Assembly (NCBI GenBank): GCA_964270895.1
Contig: OZ185435.1
Reading direction: 5' to 3' (one strand)
DNA: 64,000 bases
Source: Podarcis filfolensis
Lineage: Eukaryota
Under the pieces are notes generated by a model, which did no database searches, was not told where the DNA came from, and worked only from the letters and a program-made list of their open reading frames with translations. The position numbers and the translations under genes are program-made. The first letter of the stretch is position 1. Each line of letters opens with the position of its first letter. Positions 24,193 to 64,000 of the stretch are shown in pieces.

Positions 24193-26947
24193 TGAGTCAA
24201 AATATCAATCTTCTGTCATTGCTGATGTGGTGTCAAGCACGTTTGTTGGTTGCGCTGATCCCAACCAATCACGGATTGGAGGGAGGTGTCTTATGCCAGT
24301 CTTTTAAGCATATGCACTTGTTTGCATGATGCACATGGTTTGAAAACAAGGGGTTGGGGGTCCTGTGATAATGCCTCAGACAAAAAAACTCTTTGAGCCA
24401 CTTATGTAAGGGCTCGAACACACAAGATAGTTTACTATCTTTTGTGTCATGTTTAGAAGGTGGCGAGAATTAAGCAGACTTGGGTACCAGTTTTTAAGTT
24501 ACGAAGTTATTGCAAGGTCAAGGAGAGGTAAACAAGTCAAGGAGAGGTAGAGCCAAATGGAGATAGCCTCTCAGCTGAGATAATTGAGTGGCCCTGCTTC
24601 CCATCTTTCCTTCTGCTGCAACCTGATGGATCGGCAGTTATTAATATTTACTAGATCTGTATGTAGGAATGGGAAAGAGATTGTAGCAGATGTTATAAGG
24701 TGAAAGGGGGACTTGTTCAGGAAGTTAGAAATGCTGAACTAAGGAGGGCTACTAGTCTGATCTCAGCCTTCACAAAGGTTCAGGTTTGAGAAGATGTTAC
24801 AGGAAGCAGTGTTGTAGTCTTGACAGCTTGTGAATGTTCTTCAAAAGTTTCCCTTCATACATAGGCCGAACTCTTTGTCTGGATGTTCTCCTGTGGTTGA
24901 ACTCAGGCTCTGCCTAAATATCCCAGTAAGCTAGACCCAGAACTGGACATTTCTCAAATCTCTCTGCTTTATTGTGTGTTAGAAAGAGACTCTGTGTTCT
25001 TCAAACTCTGCAATCTGTTGGAGGTGGGGACTGTGCAATTGCTCTTTGTACAAGTGGCCAAAGAGTCACTTCCCAGCTACCCTAATGCTAATATTTACTT
25101 GTGTACGATGGAGATAACAAATACTAACCATTACAGAAGAGAGACAGAGAAGAGAAAGAGGGCTGAGATTGATAGTTCTCTAAGCTCCTCCTACACTTAC
25201 AGTTTGTCTCAGATGAGGACGGGGTAGGGACTTGTTTTACTAAACGGTGGACTAATTTGGAATCTCCAAAGACCTAAATTCCAAGTGATGAATTTGATGT
25301 TGCTAATTTCTTTTGATCAAGAGTATGTGGCTCAGATTATGGCCTTAGGCTACTCCTAAGAATTTCAAGATCTAACTGTAGTGGCTCCTAATTTAATTAT
25401 TTTACCAATGAGACTCATCTCAATAAATTTGAAGATAATAATTGCTTTGCTGGATTTATCAAGTCCAGCATTCTGTTTCTAGTAGCCAGTCAGATGTCTC
25501 TAGAAGTTCATAAGCAAGGTAACAGTCACTCTGTGGTGTTTTGTTCATCTGATAGTCAGAGCTGTGCTGCCCCTGAAAATGGAGGTTCCATTTAGCCAGG
25601 GCTATTTTCAGGGGGAACTCACTCGAACTTAGTTCTGGCACCTGTCAGGTGGGTGCCTTTGCCATACTAAGAGAATGAGGGAGGCTTTCATGGTGAGTTC
25701 CGGCACCTCTTTTTCTCAAAAAATAGCACTGCATTTAACTAAAATAGACTTTGATGAACCTTGCCTTTATTAATTTGCCTAATCCTTTTAAGAAGTTGCC
25801 AAGCTGCTAGTGACTATCCCCACATCTTATTGTCTTACATTATGTGTGAAGAAGTGCTTCCTTTTTAAGTCCTGGACCTAGTCTGTCAGCTACACTGAGT
25901 GTACATAAGTGTTATGAAAACAGAAGACATTTCGCTCTAGCTGCTCGCTCCAAGCAATCATGATTTTACAAACTTCTGTGTTCCTTCTTAAAGTAAAACC
26001 CCATGTTCTCAAGCCTGTCTTCATTTGAAAGGTGCTCTGGGCCTTTGAATTTAGCTGCCTTTCCATACCCATTTGAACCCAATGAAGCTTTTGTATTCAA
26101 TTTTGTATATTGTATTCAATGAATATTGAATATCATGTTCAGTGAATACAATAATTATTCATCTGTATTCACCTTACAGGGCTTGCACTACAATCTTGAA
26201 GAGTTTATGACATGCATCTGTTTGAGAATTATGTTTACCCATTAAAAGTGGCTGGTCAGTATACCAAATATTTGTTTTAAGTTCATTTATGTCCAAACCA
26301 CAATTAAACGGGAAAAATTTAAAAAATACAAATGAACTGAAACAGGATGCAAATATTTAATGACTTGACTCCTTGGTGTCTTCCATCTTTTCTGACTTCT
26401 TGGACTCCTTTCCAACACACATATAATCAAGCACCTCTCTTTGGGCATTCAGAAAGGAGTCATGGGGATCTCATTGGATTTTTGCTGAGAGACATCCAAG
26501 AATCAAAGAATTATAAATTGTGGAAGGGAGAAGAAATTCAGTCTCTCAGTGTATTCTAGAACAGGATCACAGAAGTAAAGACAGGGAATAGACCTTTTGG
26601 CATCTGGATTAAATATCTGCAACAGGAGGGTTTTCTGAACAAATGGCAGTTCCCTTATTTTAAGCCAGGATAGCCAAATGTCCTCTGCTTTATGAAATAA
26701 TGACGTAATAATATGACGTGCATATTGTTTCCTATTGTCAGTCCATGTTTATTTGGTGTTCTGAGACCACAAACAATCTAAATGTATGGATGGAATTGTT
26801 CTTGTTCCATTGGTTGCTTGTGCCACCAAGGCACCTGAAAGCAAAAATGCAAGGGAGGGAGAGAAAAACCAGGATGGGTGAGATAGTGAGATCCTCAAAC
26901 TTACTGTCCCTGACACACTGTGACCTGGTTCCTGTTTCTTCATCCTG

Positions 26948-26960
26948 GTTCAACATTAAC
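26948..26960 (+). promoter_or_regulatory. HNF1-like site in the F2 proximal promoter
   Basis: GTTCAACATTAAC vs consensus GTTAATNATTAAC (2 mismatches), ~70 nt upstream of the F2 ATG; HNF1 is a known hepatic F2 regulator. Confidence 0.45.
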
Positions 26961-27028
26961 CCAGGCTGGGCTGCAATCATTCTTCATCCATTTCCTCTGC
27001 AATCTTCCTGCAGTCAGGCGCACACGCA

Positions 27029-46532
<19,504 letters not shown>

Positions 46533-46641
46533 GGAACTTAAGCTTAGCACCTGCACAATGATTTAGAGATGTATGTATACTGGTCAAACATGACAGGTAA
46601 CTAAAAGCCTAAGGAAGGAAACGTATTTTGGCACAAACCTC

Positions 46642-46647
46642 AATAAA
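46642..46647 (+). terminator. F2 poly(A) signal AATAAA
   Basis: 110 nt after the stop codon, followed by CA dinucleotides and U-rich tctcctttgttgt. Confidence 0.8.
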
Positions 46648-49269
46648 GGTTCTGGACCAAGTACTCAATCTCCTTTGTTGTCAATTGCAAAAAAGTGAAC
46701 TTAGCAGTACAGGTATTACTTGAAAAGTTAGCAAAGCAAAACTGTGACTAAGGTAAATGTACTGTATCTGGTTGAATGTGCAGGATAACCCTATGCAGGA
46801 TCTTTTAGAATCAAGCCTCAAAATATACAATGGGAAATCCTCAAGTGTGACTAGGGTTACCTTAGCATAATAAGTTGTAAGTTATGTGGCCTTATTTATC
46901 TTAGAGTAACAAAGGTAGGAGTACACCTAGCCTGCATTTTTGCTCTCTCCAAAAAGGAGAGAGTAAAATAAGTTGCCTATAGTTCATCCGTTTCGGGGCT
47001 CTGGGCAGAAAGCAGATATATGTTTTCTTCCAGCAATTTCAATACAAAAAATATAATTCAAAGTTCAGAGTGAAACTACAAGCACCACCCTATGATATTT
47101 ATGGGAGTAAACCAAAGGGCAGCTTGTGTGTGGTTGCTGTGGGATGTAGTTTTATTCAATCGCATTAAACAAAAAACAGTAGTGTCTGCAAGCAAAGAAA
47201 TGTACCCCACCATTGCCACAGCTGCTAAATTGAACCATTTCTAAGTGAGGCATCATAAAAAGATACAATGGAGAAAACTAGTCAAATTCCATGAATATTG
47301 ACAAAGGTTGCATACATACTATATCTTTAATTTCCTGCCTCAAAGAATTTTGGGCCCTATTTGTTATGGGTTGCTGAGAATTGTAAATCGGGCAGCGATA
47401 AACTACACTGCCCAGAATTCTTTGAAGGAAAGAATGTGCTTCGGATGTGCTATTAGAATATGGTGCATATGCCTTAAGATAGTTTATATTCATAAAAAAC
47501 CTGTTATTTATACTAATGCTGATCAGGCGTCGTCCTTTCAGACACAGGTAGGCAAAGGAGCTAGTTCTCCTTGAATACCTATCATAGGTAGATCACCAAG
47601 ACTAAGGGAGTACAGAGAATTTTAGTAGTAAAATGTAACATTTATTCAAACATACTGTAGAAACATTTCCATTGGCTCTAGGTTAAGCTAAACGTGGCTT
47701 AAATAGGGCATTTCTGAAACCAGCACTGAAAGGGGAGAATGTATCAAAACTAAAGCCACACCTAGTGGTGGGGAGAGCATCTTTTTAGAGAAAACAAAGT
47801 TTGCCAGAGACTTCATTGCATTTCCAAATCTTACTAATGACACACATACACACCCCCTGCAAATTGTATTTCTAATGACCATTACCTCTCCGTTCCTTGC
47901 ACTTACTATACCAGTGTGAGCCCCAACATAAGAGTAAGGAGCAGGGCATCAGATACAAGAGGAGGCTATTACTAGATGTGCACAAGCAGCAACTCAGAGC
48001 GCCACAAACTGTATGCATTTTGCACCACTGCAAGGCACACCAAAGTGCTATAGAATGATGTGGCTGACAGGTGCTGATTCAATCTTTCATAGCCATAGCT
48101 AAGGCAGCTGATTCAATATGAAGTGGCATCCACTGAAAAAAACTGCAAGTTAAAAATGGGAAGTGTGCAGAGTCCTCCCAGAAGGCAAATAATGCACACT
48201 CTGGGATGCGCCCTCTTATGGGCATCGCTTCCAAATCAGCATACACATCATAATGTGTACACAATGGCCAACAAAGTTTATAAAGACAACCAGTTTGATT
48301 TGATGCAACACTAAACTATGGTGAATAGTAAATGCTATTTAATCAACGTCTAACAAGCATGAAGAAATGCAAATGAAATTAAATCTCTGTCAGCCACAGG
48401 AAAGAGCTGGTATTTCTGGGAGCATGTTAAAGCCGGTGCAATGCCACTTATGTCAGAATATCCAAGGCAGGGGCAGAGGAGGGAAGATTAACCTAGAAAT
48501 TACTCCAACAACTGTGTGCTATAGCAGTTCTGAGTCTCAGATTGTAAGAGGCACACAAATGCATAACCCATACATAAAAGCAGCAAGTCCTCCAGAACAA
48601 TTCCCCACAACCACATCCACGTGACTGTCAACTGCCACAGTATAATTCACCTTCTGAGAACACATGTATTTTGGAAACAGTGTCCCCAAGACTATGTTCT
48701 CAACCACTAGCAGCAATCACTGATCATACATTTACTACAAAACTTTCAGGCTGACAGCAGAGCTAAAAATATATCTAGGAGCAAATTAGCACATTGAAAT
48801 ATTCTGGGCTCCAGCATGTATAGCAACTGACATATGAGGAAAGGCCAACATGTCTTCAGTGTAGGATACTGATCATCCACCATGTCAAAAAAATCAGTTC
48901 TCAAAATGGATGAAACTAAATCCTTAAAAGGAACCTGAGCATTCCAGCACTTGTAGGCTAACTAGATTAAAACACAGAGAAGGGCTTGGAAAGTGGTTTT
49001 TTAGGGGTTGAAATGTTCTGCCTCTGCCCCACGCTATTCTGGAAGCCATGGTAAGACTAGCAGTGCTCTCAATAGAAACCAAAGATTTCTTCAACCTGAA
49101 GCATGCTTGCAATGTTAGTGACTCAGCTTCTCCATGAAAGTAAATCTGCTGTGAAGGTTTAGACAGCAGCTCACGGACAACTAGAAATGCTGAGTCACTT
49201 GTAACTAAGAAATGGATGGACATTTCTCACCAACAGCCACTGCTGCTCCCAGAGAGAGTTAATGCAAAC

Positions 49270-49275
49270 TTTATT
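49270..49275 (-). terminator. Likely CKAP5 poly(A) signal AATAAA
   Basis: tttatt on the + strand ~430 nt past the CKAP5 stop; more distal copies at 47641 and 47151. Confidence 0.6.
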
Positions 49276-49706
49276 TACAAAAAGACACTTAGTTAATTCA
49301 TGCCATGCGTCCGTACAGAAACTGTTCAAGGATTATATGGAGAAGAAGTTGTTAAAAAGAAAAGAAAAACCACTGAAGAGCTTCTAAGAGTTAAGAGCTA
49401 AGAAAGAAGACAACTTTACAAATAAAGTTATGAGAAACTGGATTGAAGAGAATGGTTGTTTACAGCTCTGTACACTAAAACTAATACAGACAGTCTTCTA
49501 CGGTCAATAAATGCTCACAGAGAAGCAAAGTATGTACAAAGACTTGTGCCACAATGACTTGGATCCTCCTCCAAGATCTGCTGTATTATACACATAAACC
49601 AGTTTGTATACAGAAGGCCTACATGAGGCCACTTAACTATGAAGACTTCTAGTTTAGTAAACTAAAGATGGACAGCTCTTCAACAGCCACGCTGTCTGAT
49701 GCAATT

Positions 49707-63391
<13,685 letters not shown>

Positions 63392-64000
63392 TTATTATGA
63401 ATAAAAATAGGATCTTTTTATAGTAATTTTATGAACCCCATGTGTTTGCAAGGGAAAGGTAGAGTAGTATCCAACTAAGTTACAAAATCAATTAAATTAA
63501 TAGACCTATGTCGGTTAGCAAATGTACATTACTTTCAATTGCTCTACTGTGTATATGAAGAAAAATGGATGCAATCCTTTGTCTTCAAAAATGCTGAGTA
63601 ACCCAGAATTAAGTCTTTGCTAGTTCACATTCTTCATTCATTTGATTAAAAGTTTTCAAGAAAGCACTGCTTGAAAAACTTAATCCAAAACTCCAGCATA
63701 AAGCCTCTGAATTACAACTCATCAAGAACCTCAGTTTCCTTTGGCTGAATAGAAATAATGATTTTTGTAAAAATTGCATAATGGGTGAAAATTAGCTTAC
63801 GAATGCCAGGATATCCTGGCATCAGGATGCACCTTCCTGAAATCATGGAGAGCTGTTGCCAGTCAGTGTCGACCAGGGTAGCCAATGTGGTCCCTTTTAG
63901 ATAATATTGGTTTACAGTTCTCATCAGCTCCAGCCAGCATTGGCAATGGTCAGGTATGATGGGAGCTTTAGTACAGCAACATCTGGAGGGCAATGCATTA

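Overview
Eukaryotic (squamate, probably lacertid lizard, inferred from its Sauria/Squam-type SINEs and mariner MITEs) genomic DNA carrying the conserved amniote block ARHGAP1(-) <-> ZNF408(+) -> F2/prothrombin(+) -><- CKAP5(-). I hand-spliced two ARHGAP1 coding exons, a 5-exon ZNF408 (763 aa), a complete 14-exon prothrombin (613 aa) and the last 13 CKAP5 exons; all junctions are GT-AG and phase-consistent. A C/D snoRNA (SNORD67, U6 C60 guide) sits in a CKAP5 intron. Introns and intergenic DNA hold many TEs, several with exact target-site duplications (L1, Penelope-like mini-hairpin, two solo LTRs, Sauria SINE, mariner and hAT MITEs). I found no convincing new multi-component system. The best leads are an exact 134-bp direct repeat bracketing ZNF408 exon 4, a phase-compatible 315-nt candidate ZNF408 cassette exon, a possible decayed Rho-GTPase-like fragment inside the RhoGAP gene, a ~415-bp nested palindrome and a CCAAT-amplified solo LTR in F2 introns, and lineage-specific prothrombin features. 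Family names and human/chicken comparisons are from memory, not database searches.
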